A stretch of DNA of 63,498 nt, filler included, from Parasitella parasitica NRRL 2501 (Eukaryota; Fungi; Mucoromycota), in the NCBI GenBank assembly GCA_025201805.1. It is 10 parts of 10 records of this genome, joined end to end, with 100 filler letters (N's around TTAATTAATTAA, not from the genome) between each part and the next. Parts side by side here need not be neighbours in the genome. Positions count along the whole stretch, not along the records: positions 49,872 to 53,219 come from MU619332.1; positions 53,320 to 60,390 come from MU619291.1; positions 60,491 to 62,079 come from MU619620.1; positions 62,180 to 63,498 come from MU619649.1; 6 more parts are not named here. The stretch is one strand, 5' to 3'. Shown here in pieces: positions 51,749-63,498 of the stretch (position 1 is its first letter; every line of letters begins with the position of its first letter). The position numbers were made by a program, and so were the translations under genes. Below the pieces are notes generated by a model. That model was not told where the DNA came from and did no database searches. It saw only the letters and a program-made list of their open reading frames with translations.

Positions 51749-51888
51749 GGGAAGGGGATATTGTCGTACATTAGTTTTGACACTCAACTCAAAACAATAT
51801 AAATAGTAGATCTTATGTCAAATTGAATAAACCTTATCTTTTTACTGATACATATATTTGCCTTATTGAATTTACAATTATCACGACA
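51749..51888 (+). mobile_element. Polypurine tract and short (127-bp) 3' LTR of the gypsy element
   Basis: GGGAAGGGGA followed by TGTCGT...ACGACA (51762-51888) containing TATAAAT and AATAAA. Confidence 0.75.
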
Positions 51889-52095
51889 AGTTGCTCACAG
51901 ACTTTGTGTGTAACCATTTTAATTAGTATATAAATATCAAGTGTATCTTAAAATAATAGAGGTATCTTTTATCTCATATATAACATTTTACATACTTCCT
52001 TATAAATCTACTCTCAAATATATGTATCTGCACACGACATTGTCGTGATAATTGTAAATTCAATAAGGCAAATAAATGTATCAGTTAAAAGATCA
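51889..52095 (-). mobile_element. Stacked mini-LTR (family of 12321-12475) plus inverted partial copy of the 127-bp LTR
   Basis: 51889-52039 is the reverse complement of ~12321-12471. 52041-52093 is the reverse complement of ~51837-51888. Confidence 0.7.
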
Positions 52096-52114
52096 TCAGG
52101 AGAAACAAACAAAT

Positions 52115-52736
52115 ATGTCTGAACAGAGCTTTGAAGCATCATTATCGCAAACGTCAACGACTGGAAGCGATATACTACAAATTGCGCAAATACTGAAGGA
52201 AGTGAATACATCCAAATCAACTAACAATGATCAATTTGCCTTTTTGGAAAAGCCAAAGACGTATGATGGTGCAAGGGATCATCCCCATATCATTGAGGAT
52301 TGGATTCACTCTATCGAGAACTACTGCACTCTCAAAGAAATTAGAGAGGACAAGAGAAGATTAAATTAAGTACAACATTACTTTCCGGCGCTGCAAAGGT
52401 GTGGTATCACAACCTGCGACTCTTAAACTCTACGCCTGGGTTCTGGTGCGAATTAACGCACAACTCAGGGCCTTTTTCAAGCCTGACAACTCTATTTTGG
52501 TTGCACGAGACAAGATCTGTAGTTTAAAGCAGACAAATTCCATCACCCAATATGTCCCAAACTTTATGACGATTAAGCTCGGTATTCCCCGCATGTCTGA
52601 CGAAGAAGCGGTGGATAAGTTTATTGCGTGCCTCAAGGAGCACTCGGCTAGAATCAATATCAAAGATAAAAACATCAACATGGAAAATCGGATACTGAAT
52701 GAAGCTATTCGAGCTGCCTACATATATGAAGGTAAT
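52115..52736 (+). pseudogene. Ty3/gypsy gag, frameshifted, cut by an LTR A copy at 52737
   Basis: KPKTYDGAR...IEDWI; ARDKICSLKQTNSITQY...MSDEEAVDKFI. Confidence 0.8.
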
Positions 52737-53219
52737 TAATCTGCCATAATTATAGATAGGAGATCATGGCAATGTACTTCAATTGAAGATTGAAGATTGT
52801 TCAATGATGTGATGTGATACGCTTGTGTAAATTGGAGAATAAAGTCTCTGTTTCAAATCAAGAAGGTTATTTCTGTAAGTAACACAGATCTGAGCACCAG
52901 GGTAAAGGTTAGGGCTCTGTCAGATCAAAGACGTGTAGTCCTTGCTGTATAACCTCATATTGTACCCTGTCAAGTAGATTGCCACTGTAAATTAGTCTTT
53001 TCAATTAGTAATCTAAATAAGTCACCATAAATTTATGTAGTTGTAAAAAGTATAAATAGCAGATGCAATTTCTGTTGTATCCATATAAAGGCAACATATG
53101 TCATATCTAACTTAGTCATAATGCACGGATCATGATATTAATTGTTGGTAATTCTTTTACAAATAAGGAATAAGCTACAAGTTGTAATTGGACCTCTTGC
53201 AAGGTTCCAGGCTTATTCA
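52737..53219 (+). mobile_element. LTR A copy interrupted at ~53073 by a family C-like LTR start
   Basis: Matches 57450-57544 and 57835-57880, then TGTTGTATCCATA as at 35403. Confidence 0.65.
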
Positions 53220-53915
53220 NNNNNNNNNNNNNNNNNNNNNNNNNNNNNNNNNNNNNNNNNNNNTTAATTAATTAANNNNNNNNNNNNNNNNNNNNNNNNN
53301 NNNNNNNNNNNNNNNNNNNGTTACCTTTTCAGTAATTTTTTTGAGTTCTTGGTGACGAATTAAGCACTCTTCTTATTCACAGTGATATTCTTAAATGCTT
53401 GGTGATGAATCAATCACTTATTCTATTTTTAGTGATTGTTTTTAAAGTTTAGTGATGAATAAACGTCTGATTGCAATTTCTTGAGCATAACGTCAATGGA
53501 AAATGGTTCGCGAAAAACTAAAAGGGAGTTCTAATTGAAGCTTACAATGTTTGAGTGATTGAGGTCTACATTTTATGTGTAAAATCTAATCACTGGTGCT
53601 TATTTTGGACACCTAGTTGCTAAAGCATCACCAGTAGTTAGGATTTTATCACACAAGTTGGCCATGGTGGCATCCGTATGGAATGCGTCCGGATCCGGAA
53701 GCCACGAGACGTACCTTGCTAACAGGTTGGTCGTTCTGTCTGCAAATAGATCTACTGTCAAAGAACCCACATTTAATGGATTCGTTGGAACACCGTTGGT
53801 AGGAGCTGCCATTGGTTCTTGAAATACGTACGCCGAGATTCCAGATCGGCTACCGTGTTGTTGAGGCCATGAATATGCTGTGCCTAAATCATAATCTGGT
53901 TGTCGATACACCAAT

Positions 53916-56113
53916 CACTATGGCCTCGCCGATGTTCGTATGAGAATATTGATGTGCATGAACGGGAACATTCTTTAGAGCCAAAAAAAGTGCTTATCGA
54001 GCTAGGTTAAGGCGATAAATGTGCTCATGCGAGAACAAAAATTGAAACATCTTATGATCACATTTTTATGCTCAAATGAGCACATAAATTACTAGTTTCA
54101 TAGGCTTAAAATTACGCTCAAAAGGCTTGAAAAAATGTGCTCATGAAGCGAAAATGTGCCCGTACACTCAAAAAAATGTGCTCAAAAAAGTAAAATTTGC
54201 GTACAAAAATGTAGCTTTAGCTTTTGTTTATTTCTCAATTTTTGTAGTATGAACCCGTAATTTATTATCGCTTTAATTTCATATCGTCACATACAGTATT
54301 GTCTTGATTATGTAGCCTTTGGTTGACACAGGCAATGATGGAGAACAGTGCAAGATTAGCTATTACCCGATTTGAAATTGAAGCAGCTACTGAGGTATTT
54401 GCTATATAAAAGAAAAGCGCGTCAGTAAAATAAATTTTGTTGACGACAATAACAAATAACCACCTACATTGATTGTGAAAAGAGATGATACACTAGATCA
54501 TATATAATACTCGAAAAAAGAAGCAAGGAGGCAGCATCTTGAAAAAAAGTAGCAAGGTTTAACTTCATAACATCTAGAATCCAAGGCAAAAATGAGCAAC
54601 AAACCTCTCGTATTATTGCATATGTTCAGATACTGGGCACAAAATTATACCTGTAGCATGCCTAAATAATAGAAGAAATCTAATTTTAGTGTATATTAAT
54701 AAAGCAAAAGAAGCAAGCCAAAAAGTATTCAATACTACCTTGACATTGACACCCAAACGAAGTAATAATGCAAAAAAGTGATTCATACAAAGTATTATCT
54801 TTAGCTACTGCCTATATTCAGCAGTAAAAGAAGTCAGTCATTTAGTTGCTACAAACAATTTAATGCACATAGCAATACCATGCTCTCATATGAAAGATTA
54901 AACTAAGCAGCGCCTCTATATATTATAGACAAAAGGATTATTAGTAGTTTGTTAGAATAAACTCGAATACATCCCATGATAATAGCAAAACACAAAATAT
55001 GTTGCTTATCATTTCTTCACACAAAGCTATACTGCAAGCTGTTCCCTAATGAAAGAGAAGCTACAATTTCTTATGATGAAACTACAGATACGTGAAGATG
55101 TTATTACTCTGTATATTGTACTTATATTTGGCACAAATGTGCTAATATTGTGTGTTTTTTAAGTTAAAATACCAGTTCATAAGTTGTAAAAAGATAGATA
55201 AAACAAAAGAAAAAGACCAAGGAGAGCTAACAAAGAAGCTAAAAAATGCATTCGGTCATCACAATATGCTAAGCATGCAGAAAGAAGCCAATGGAAAAAC
55301 ACCGCTACAAGAGGTCATCTCAACAATTGAAAGCAAACATGTAAAAAAAAAATATATACTTTATTCAAGTATATTGCTACTGGTGCTAGCATTATTACCA
55401 CCAGCGTCTTCTTCAACATCTTGAACAACACTTTGGTTAACAGTAGGTACTTTTTCATTGATATGTGCAAGTAGCTGTAGTGTACATTTTTGGTTACACA
55501 TCTTTATATAGTAATTGATCAATCTTACTGCAAATTGCATACGCTTTGCATATGTCAACATTGATAATAAACAACCTTTTTCTCTCGTAAACTTAACTTT
55601 ACATTATTTTACATACATTCCTCTCTAGTGTATATTTATTTATATTACAGAGAACTAGTCCTTTTATACGAACTTTATATTATTGAATAGTATCTCTTTG
55701 TTTTTACAGTCGGCAAACATACTATCTGTCAATTTATAACTATATATATTTTTGTATAGCAATTATTCGTATATATCATCTTCACTTTTTGCTCTCAAAT
55801 GAACATTTGTATGGTCGTGAGAAGACCATAAATAAACTTTTACTCAAAAAAGAGATGCGATCTTTGGAATGCAATGTCATAACGAATATTTGGTAGCAAA
55901 TGTTACTACAAGCACAAAAAAACCGAAATGTCTCAGAAATAATATTATATAATTAAAAATGAGCTATCTCAACTTTTTTTATAAACGCACAACATTCTGG
56001 GGCAAAATCATTTATGTTCTCACAAGCACATACAGTAAATGCTCCCATGACCCTAATAATGTTCCCTTTTGAGCACATTTGTGTTCACCGAGAACATCCA
56101 GGAGGCCATAGTG
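53916..56113. mobile_element. Complete non-autonomous CACTA (EnSpm/CMC-type) element
   Basis: TIR CACTATGGCCTC..GATGTTC / GAACATC..GAGGCCATAGTG with 3-bp TSD AAT (53913-53915, 56114-56116). Excision restores DIRS RNase H EVWNWCID. Confidence 0.9.
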
Positions 56114-57360
56114 AATTCCAAACTTCTGTTGCTAGATTGATTAGGGGAAGGGAGCGAGCCCCGCCTTGGTTGTTAATATATGAAAGGCTTGTTGTGTTGT
56201 CCGTTCTGATCATGACTGTCGAGTTCGCCGGTATTGGGAAAGTCTTCAGAGCCAGGTGCGCTGCTTTTAGCTCTCTCCAGTTGATGGACTGTGCTGCCTC
56301 CATGGCTGCCCAGTAACTATGTGCCCGATGACGGTTCCAACTGCATCCCCATCCTGTTTTGCTGGCATCCACGTAGACTGTCTCGGTGGGAGTTGTAGAG
56401 ATGAAGGATCGGGCGTTCTACTTCTGCAGGTTCTTGTTCCACCAATAAAGTTCCTCCACACTGACTGGATCCAAAGCATGAGGAAGACCCCAATCCTTGT
56501 CGCCTTTGACCACTTGATTGTTGTAGAACAGGAGATGACGAGTATAAAGCCTGGCGGGGAAAACATTGCAAATGTTGCTGCTTGGATTCTCATTGTAAGA
56601 CTGTGTACGGTACGCGGTGTCTGGCGATTCGGATTGTCAATAATTTGCTTGATTGATCGACGTAGGTGTTTCAGTTTTTTTGATGGAAGTGCTGCTGTCA
56701 TTGTCAGGGTATACAATAAGAAGTCGAGATGTTCGATTTTCCGGGAAGGAGTCAAAAAAAACCGATTTCTTGTAATTGATGATCCATCCAAGGTCCTGTA
56801 GTAGTCTGATTACCAACGTCATCTGTTGACGAGCTAATTCCTTGCTCTCTGCCATCAAAATTCAATCGTCTCAATATGCTCAAATTCGGATTCCCTGGGA
56901 GCAAAACCATTCCAAGATAGGGAGACACACTTTTGTAAAGACTAATGGGCTTGTGGCTAAACCAAAGGCGGTTGTGCAATATTGGTAAGCATGATGAGCT
57001 CTCCATTTCAGCCGAAGGAATAGACGTGAGTCCGGATGGAGACCTATTAGAAGAAATGCATCGGATAAATCTATGGAGACTAGATAATCGTTTGGTTTGA
57101 TCATTTTTGATACTCCCCGAATTGTCTCCATCCTGAAGTGAGGAGCATGAAGGAACTGATTGAGGTGTTTGAGATTGAAAACAGGACGTAATAAACCGTC
57201 GTCTTTCTTGGGAATGACGAACATGGAGCTGTAGAGACCCGGTGTTTGATGAACCTCCTCGGGAGGAACCCGCTTGATTGCCTGTTTGTCTAAAAGTTCC
57301 TGGATAGTCCGATCGATCAGAGGTATCTGATCTGGTAAGAATGGATGAATAGATATTGGG

Positions 57361-58383
57361 TGATGTATATTTCAGATATTTCAATACAATAAAAAGAGAC
57401 TTGTAATAATTCACAGCTTTCAACTGTATCCGAACAATAAAAGAAGTATTGATCTGCCATAATTATAGACAGAAGATCATGACAATGTACTTCAATTGAA
57501 GATTGAAGATTGTCCAATGATGTGATGTGATACGCTTGTGTAAANNNNNNNNNNNNNNNNNNNNNNNNNNNNNNNNNNNNNNNNNNNNNNNNNNNNNNNN
57601 NNNNNNNNNNNNNNNNNNNNNNNNNNNNNNNNNNNNNNNNNNNNNNNNNNNNNNNNNNNNNNNNNNNNNNNNNNNNNNNNNNNNNNNNNNNNNNNNNNNN
57701 NNNNNNNNNNNNNNNNNNNNNNNNNNNNNNNNNNNNNNNNNNNNNNNNNNNNNNNNNNNNNNNNNNNNNNNNNNNNNNNNNNNNNNNNNNNNNNNNNNNN
57801 NNNNNNNNNNNNNNNNNNNNNNNNNNNNNNNNNNATAAATTTATGTAGTTGTAAAAAGTATAAATAGCAGATGCAATTTCGATCTTAAATAAAGTATCTT
57901 TAGTTTTCGTATCTCGTTAACATTTGGTATTTATTATCTTTTTAACCCAACAAGTATATCGTTTGTTATGATATAAATACAGGGTATTTATATCTTCAAT
58001 TATTTACTACAACTGAGATGGTAGCTGTAATAACCAATAGATTTACTAATGTGATAGTATGTTGTCACTGTTGATGAACGAATAGAAAATACACCGTGCG
58101 TGTTACCATTGTCAATTGGTTTGATATGTTTCATTGTTGAGATTGATCCAAGAATATGAGCTGATGTAACATATCAAATAGTTTGTGCGCACCTTGACAT
58201 TTGAGAGCAAGTCCGCATATCTTGTTGATGTCATGGCAGCCGAGACATTGCGATATCCAGTGACCGTTGAGATATTATACCGATTCGTATCTGATACAAT
58301 CATATAATATATTTGCAGTAAACTAGCAAGCGTAGTACTTGTAGGAATTGATATAGTGAAGATGTAGCAGTGCGTATACATCA
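57361..58383 (+). mobile_element. Solo LTR family B inserted in DIRS
   Basis: TGATGTATA...TATACATCA with TSD TTGGG (57356-57360, 58384-58388). Confidence 0.88.
57450..57952 (+). mobile_element. Solo LTR family A nested in LTR B
   Basis: TGATC...CAACA with TSD AGTAT (57445-57449, 57953-57957). The empty site is seen at ~7227. Confidence 0.88.
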
Positions 58384-60490
58384 TTGGGGTTGTTGTTGTT
58401 GGTGGTGTTGTATGAAATTTTATTTTGTAACTTTGTTGTATTGTTGTGTCGACGAATGAGTTGATAGAAATTTTTGTCCAGTTGGCGTAATACTTGCTGA
58501 GACGACCTCCTACCGGGTCGGATATTGCTGTTTATGCTGGTGTTGTTGTTACTGACGAAAGGGGTTTGTAATCTTGTTGTTGTTGTTGGGACGAAAGTTG
58601 CTGCTGTTGTTGCTGATGAAACCACCCTGTTGCGAGGGTGGATCTGGCCGAAAAAACTGCTGATTCGAACCATTCGAGAAAGCAGCATTAGAAGTAGCAG
58701 AGGTACCAGATGTAAAACGACGGCGTTGACGACGATCGATTGTTGCCTCTCGAGTAGCTTTTCTAGCGGCAGTCTGCTGAATGAGAGTTTGCTGAAATTC
58801 ATCCAACGGAAGAGTCTAATATGTCTCTGAAGCCGATTTCATCGAGAAGGATGGGTTGATAATAGCTCGAAGTGCAATGTTGTTTCTATTCTGTGTGATG
58901 GTTCAGCATACATGAATCAGAAGACGACGGACATCTCGAAGCATAGTGCTGTAGCGTTCTAGATATGGAGTGCCGGTTTCGTAAGTGAACATCTCATGGA
59001 TAGATAAGAATATCCAAAGGGCGGAAAGCTGCGGAAAAAAAAAATTGAAGCTGTTTAGGGGAGACATCTTCTAATTTTTGTCCTCGATTCATGGCTTGCT
59101 CAGCAGGTGCTTTATAGTCGAAGTGAGCCATGGGAGGGTAAGCCTCGATGATAGCCTTTCGTTCCGAATCAGGCATTGGGGTTGAATTATGAATGGGTAT
59201 ACATCCAAATTCATAAGATCCATGAGAGCATCCGAAGGTGGCCAGTCATAATGAGGGCGAGTGCCAAATGAATGGAGAGGAGACGGTGCAGTTTCATCCG
59301 TTGACTGCATAGGAGAAGAAATATTAGCGACAGATCTGCTAATTGAGCTTGAAGGGCAGCGATCTGTGGCTGCATAGCGGCTAATTGTTGTTCCTTAGAA
59401 GACATTTGAATAAAAGGTGAGTGAGTAAAAGATTTGAATAGACGCGTAGTAGTTGGTGATTGACCGAGCTCACAAAATCGATTGACAGTATTAGTATTCA
59501 TTTTTCTTTCTTTATATATCTTTGAATTCGCTGTCAAATAAAGCTTCAAGATTCTAGCACAGTAATGACATTTCCTATTTTGTTCTTCAAGTCTAACTTG
59601 CAATATCGATGTTTCTGACACATTTGTAAATGGCATGCATGGAACAATCTTTACATTGGTCTATGCGTTCCAAATGTGATTCGTGGTTCGATTTTTTTAG
59701 TTGGCTCTTAATCTATTATAAATGCTTCGCGGTTTCACGGTTAGATATTTAGGTAATCTGTTTACATTAGCTTTGATTTGCGATCTCTAAGGTAGCTCTG
59801 TAAGAGATGACATTCAAGTATTATTTGTGGGAATTTCTAACACTTCAGCACACTTGACACACGCACTTTCTACAAACTGGGTAAAGTAATGTGAGAGTAA
59901 TGGTTTTTAGTGATGAGATCCGGCAGATATGCGGGGTATAGTAAATTGTGTCTAACCCAAAATGTCATGTCATATTATTTTATTATCTAATTTTTTTTTC
60001 CTTATTATATTATATTGATATCCAGAAGAAGAATTAATGCGTCAATGCTGTTTTAACAAATGGTAAGATTGGGCGATGACGAGATAAATGAAAGTGAAAT
60101 TACGTAAATAAACGAGTCAAACTACATTATATACGTTCGTTTTGAAGCAGCTTTACGATTCAATGTAAGTACTCGCATACTGATTGTCAATGTCCAAACA
60201 AAGTGGGAAGATTATGATGTATTTCCTAGTTGTGTTTATCATGTTTGTTTTTATTTTCCTAGTGAAATTTATTAAAATACACAAAAAATGTGCTGAAAAA
60301 TTATAAATCGAGCGCTTAATTTGACTAAGTCAACCCCAAAATCCTAAAAACAAAAAAACAGGGTTTCCCCCTGTTTTGATGTTAGGCGGANNNNNNNNNN
60401 NNNNNNNNNNNNNNNNNNNNNNNNNNNNNNNNNNTTAATTAATTAANNNNNNNNNNNNNNNNNNNNNNNNNNNNNNNNNNNNNNNNNNNN

Positions 60491-61167
60491 AGGGAGGTGT
60501 GGCTGATACACATCAGGTAGCTCGTCATGTACTGACAGATTGGAACGGTGGAAAAATCCCGTACTATACCATCCCTCCTTCATCAAAGAAAAGTCATATT
60601 GAAGCTTCTGTGGTCAGTTCTTGGGGTAAAGAATTGGATTTAGACCTTGAGTCTGCCGATGTTGTGTTGTCTGAACTCAAATCAAGTAACGATTTTGGAT
60701 CTAGTGTTGTCATGGTAGGTGTTTGTAACCATGGGAATCACAATTTTAATGCTAATTGTTGGCAATAGCAAGCAAACGATGTTGACATGATGCATGATGC
60801 TGATATGGATAGCATGGATGTATCAATGGACACCGTAATAGACAATTCAGTAGCAGAGAGTAATATATCGCAACCGGTTATCCAAGTAGAAAAAATGTTG
60901 AGCATGAAAAAGAAGAATGCCACCAGCAGACCTCAACAAATCACCTCACAAACCGAAGAAGAATTGAATCCACAAACGAATCAGCAATTGAAGAAGCAGT
61001 TAAAAGCACAACAGAAGAAGGCCAGACGACAAATGGGTGGAAGCAACAGCAACGCCTTGTTTGAAGAAGACGATGCCATGTTGGAAGGATCGTTCCAGTT
61101 CAATAATATTCCTGCTGCTGCTTCCTTAATGGCAGCACCAATCCCTGATGAAGATGAAGAGCTGTAG
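60491..61167 (+). CDS. NUG1: Nucleolar GTPase Nug1/GNL3-like, C-terminal exons (5' in gap; intron 60715-60768)
   Basis: GGVADTHQVARHVLTDWNGGKIPYYTIPP followed by a charged tail. Confidence 0.8.
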
Positions 61168-61276
61168 ATTTTAATTCGTCTAGATTCACTTTTTTATGCA
61201 AATTTTTGATATATAATCTCTCACACACTTGCGTTTTTTTTTTTTTTTTCCTGATTTCTTTTCTCTTCTCCTCATT

Positions 61277-61654
61277 ATGTTTAGCAGAATAATAAATACA
61301 ATTCGTGAAAACATCTCAAGAAATCCAAACAATAGTAATCGTTCAAACACTAACAACAGTAACAACAAGCTTTCTTCTGAAAGTGAATATTCTTCGTCGG
61401 ATTCTCGCCGACCTTCTGTTACAGAAGAATTACAAAATGATGATCGTAGCATGCTGTCCAAGTTTTCTACCTCTCATTCCATGCCATTAGGTAGGAACAA
61501 CTCTATTTCTGAGCCCATTCCCATCGGTACATCTGCTACTTCTGTCTCTGGTGCAAACAAAAAAAGACACAGATCATCTACTCTGTTTGGCATCTCCAAT
61601 GTTACCTATGACGATTATGTACAAAAGGACTTGATTTCAAGCTCATGGAGTTAA
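61277..61654 (+). CDS. Small Ser/Asn-rich hypothetical protein
   Basis: Open frame from MFSRII to VTYDDYVQKDLISSSWS; contains RRPS and RHRSS basophilic kinase sites. Confidence 0.6.
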   Translation: MFSRIINTIRENISRNPNNSNRSNTNNSNNKLSSESEYSSSDSRRPSVTEELQNDDRSMLSKFSTSHSMPLGRNNSISEPIPIGTSATSVSGANKKRHRSSTLFGISNVTYDDYVQKDLISSSWS

Positions 61655-62429
61655 GCCTACACAAGAGACAAGAATCTTGTATATTTAATTGCACCCAGCC
61701 CTGCGAAAATAGCCAACAATGGCGCTGCCTCATACTGTTTCGCACCCACTTGATACGGTATTTCTTTTTAGCTTGTATATGACCGTAACCTTTCGTTTTT
61801 TTTTTTCTTTCTTTTTTGTGCACATGTAACCCGATTCCCCCCCTTGACAAGTAAAAAAATAAATATAAAAAAAAAAGATCAATTGTCCATGTAATCAAAT
61901 GTCGAAGCATTTATTTGACTTTTGTTGTACATTGTTTGTAGGAAAAATAGAATTGCGTTTGTGTATATATGTATAAAGATGAATAGAGTGGTAGATTTCT
62001 TAATTTTCGAAAAAGGTTACATTTTCATAGACTGGTTCGAATCCTTCTCGAGTTCAGCACTGTTCAAGCAAAGAGCGAGNNNNNNNNNNNNNNNNNNNNN
62101 NNNNNNNNNNNNNNNNNNNNNNNTTAATTAATTAANNNNNNNNNNNNNNNNNNNNNNNNNNNNNNNNNNNNNNNNNNNNGGTGCACAATGCACCAAACAC
62201 CATTTTGATTTTTGCACGAGATTTATTTTGCAGATGCACCAAAAGCATTTTGGACAGTGCACCAAATCGAGTTTTGTCGCTGCTTCAAATTGATTTTTTT
62301 TGGTGCAGCAAACTGCTTTTTTTGATATTTTGTGTAAAATACATCAACAAATGCAAATAAAAGGTTCAGATCAAATTACTGTGAAGATGAAAAATACCTT
62401 AATAAAATATATATAAGCTCTGTTAAAAC

Positions 62430-62960
62430 AGCTTGAAAGATACTCGAGTTCCCTATGCATGAAGAGAGCTTTTCTGTTACATTTCTGGCTGTTCATTTCG
62501 AAAATTATCAGGCCGCATATTCCGATCCAGAATGGGAACAAAGTCGAATCCAAGAGCCTCTCTCCGAAAGGCATTCAATATTAATGGGGCAGTTTGTGTA
62601 CTTTAAAAAGATTATAGACAAGGCTGACTTTTTTGAGCATATATATTAAGGGTTTCAAGAACATTTTATTTGGCAAAGATACAAGCAGCTTAGGAAACCT
62701 CGAGGAATCAACAGGTTTTCAATTGGGCACAATGCTTCTTCCAAAAAGCTGTATTTTCTGCGTCATCTTTTAACTGTCGTTCCCCAACTTTGCTAATTTA
62801 CGCAATGTCAATGGCGTCCTGTGTGATTCGTACAAACAAGCATGTATGTTGATGCATTTGCTTAAAAATGACGAAAAATGGAGAATGTGCTTTCATAAAA
62901 CTAATACTTTTCCCTCAGGGTCTTCCCTGCATTCTTTGTTTGATTTTTTAGTTTTGTCAT
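62430..62960 (+). pseudogene. Helitron Rep/helicase fragment, decayed
   Basis: FPMHEESFSVTFLAVHFENYQ and LYFLRHLLTVVP / LRNVNGVLCDSYKQACMLMHLLKNDEKWRMC resemble the Helitron inter-domain motifs. Confidence 0.7.
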
Positions 62961-63139
62961 TTGACATTTGGAATATGGCTTGCATCTCTTGCATAACTTA
63001 TTAAAAGCCCTCAACAAGTCTTTATATCAATAGCATCTACCTTTGTCCCTGTTTGACTGGAATAGCTGAAATCCATCGCAGTTCATTAATAGTTGGTAAA
63101 ATGTCGCATCAGAAATTCTAGTGGACAGTGTTTTTGTCA

Positions 63140-63370
63140 ATAACAAGATGATGAGCATTGTTGAGGAGCATGCTGAGGACCTCGCTTGTGTTTACGATTG
63201 TACAAATCTTCAGGAAATCGGGGGGGGGATACATATACGACTTCCGAGCTGATTTCTATTGAACTTTATGATCTGGCCAACGACTTTGCTATACCCAGAG
63301 AGGCATACAGACGATTGGTGAGACTCATAAATACTATGATTAGGGATTCAGAAAAGTTAGAGAGAGGTAC
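63140..63370 (+). pseudogene. Unidentified coding remnant, probably transposase-derived
   Basis: Frame ELISIELYDLANDFAIPREAYRRLVRLINTMIRDS with a frameshift at a G-run. No firm family call. Confidence 0.3.
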
Positions 63371-63498
63371 ATGTATTTGGCAAATTATCTTCTGTCAAAG
63401 TGTCCAAGACTTACCATCATCATACGTCACAGAGACAAATCCATGGCCCTCAAGTCGAAAAAATGATGAAGCGGCAAACAAGCTAGGCAGCACACTCA

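Larger units (their letters stand above)
53668..59405 (-). mobile_element. Decayed DIRS-type (tyrosine-recombinase) retrotransposon: gag, RT, RNase H, methyltransferase-like start
   Basis: RT FVIPKKDDGLLRPVFNLKHLN, SIDLSDAF, AFGLATSP; RNase H DASKTGWG, INWRELKA, RTDNTT, AQHIHGLNNTVADLESR; then VDLFADRTT...YVSW.PDP. Many stops and frameshifts; no recombinase ORF seen. Confidence 0.88.

Noticed and set aside
53320-53480. GTGATGAAT-type short repeats (similar TGCACCAAA repeats at 62180-62310)
   Set aside because: Probably subterminal repeats of truncated DNA transposons at contig edges; too little sequence to classify.

Overview
Scaffolded, gap-rich eukaryotic DNA from a fungus. Short GT-AG introns, low GC and the protein content point to Mucoromycotina (inference). 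A core of host genes (~9.4-47.3 kb and 60.5-61.7 kb) encodes glycerol-3-phosphate dehydrogenase, a TEY MAP kinase, a LUFS-polyQ-WD40 corepressor-like protein, a Mn-type CDF transporter, a GPI-type Ser/Ala protein, a Zn2Cys6 factor, an MFS transporter, a LEA_2-like membrane protein, an alpha/beta hydrolase, an alpha-arrestin, eIF4G, a Nug1-like GTPase end and tRNA-Gln. It is flanked and interrupted by nested transposon debris: Tc1/mariner, piggyBac, CACTA-ended, Crypton-like, Helitron, Ty3/gypsy, DIRS, solo LTRs with readable TSDs, and a long foldback element. The main hidden signal is absent from the ORF track: an intron-split Fanzor/TnpB-family nuclease C-terminus (11565-11950, minus; NEFKTSK|ICNNC...CKTC...WNRD) inside a TA-CAGT transposon end. 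It carries candidate omegaRNA hairpins, and a second copy of the same end lies at 17556. Other highlights are a DDE-type transposase with an embedded WRN-like 3'-5' exonuclease, mini-LTRs stacked ~65 bp downstream of tRNA genes, and a plant LEUNIG-like architecture in a fungus. All family calls come from motif recognition by eye; no searches were run.
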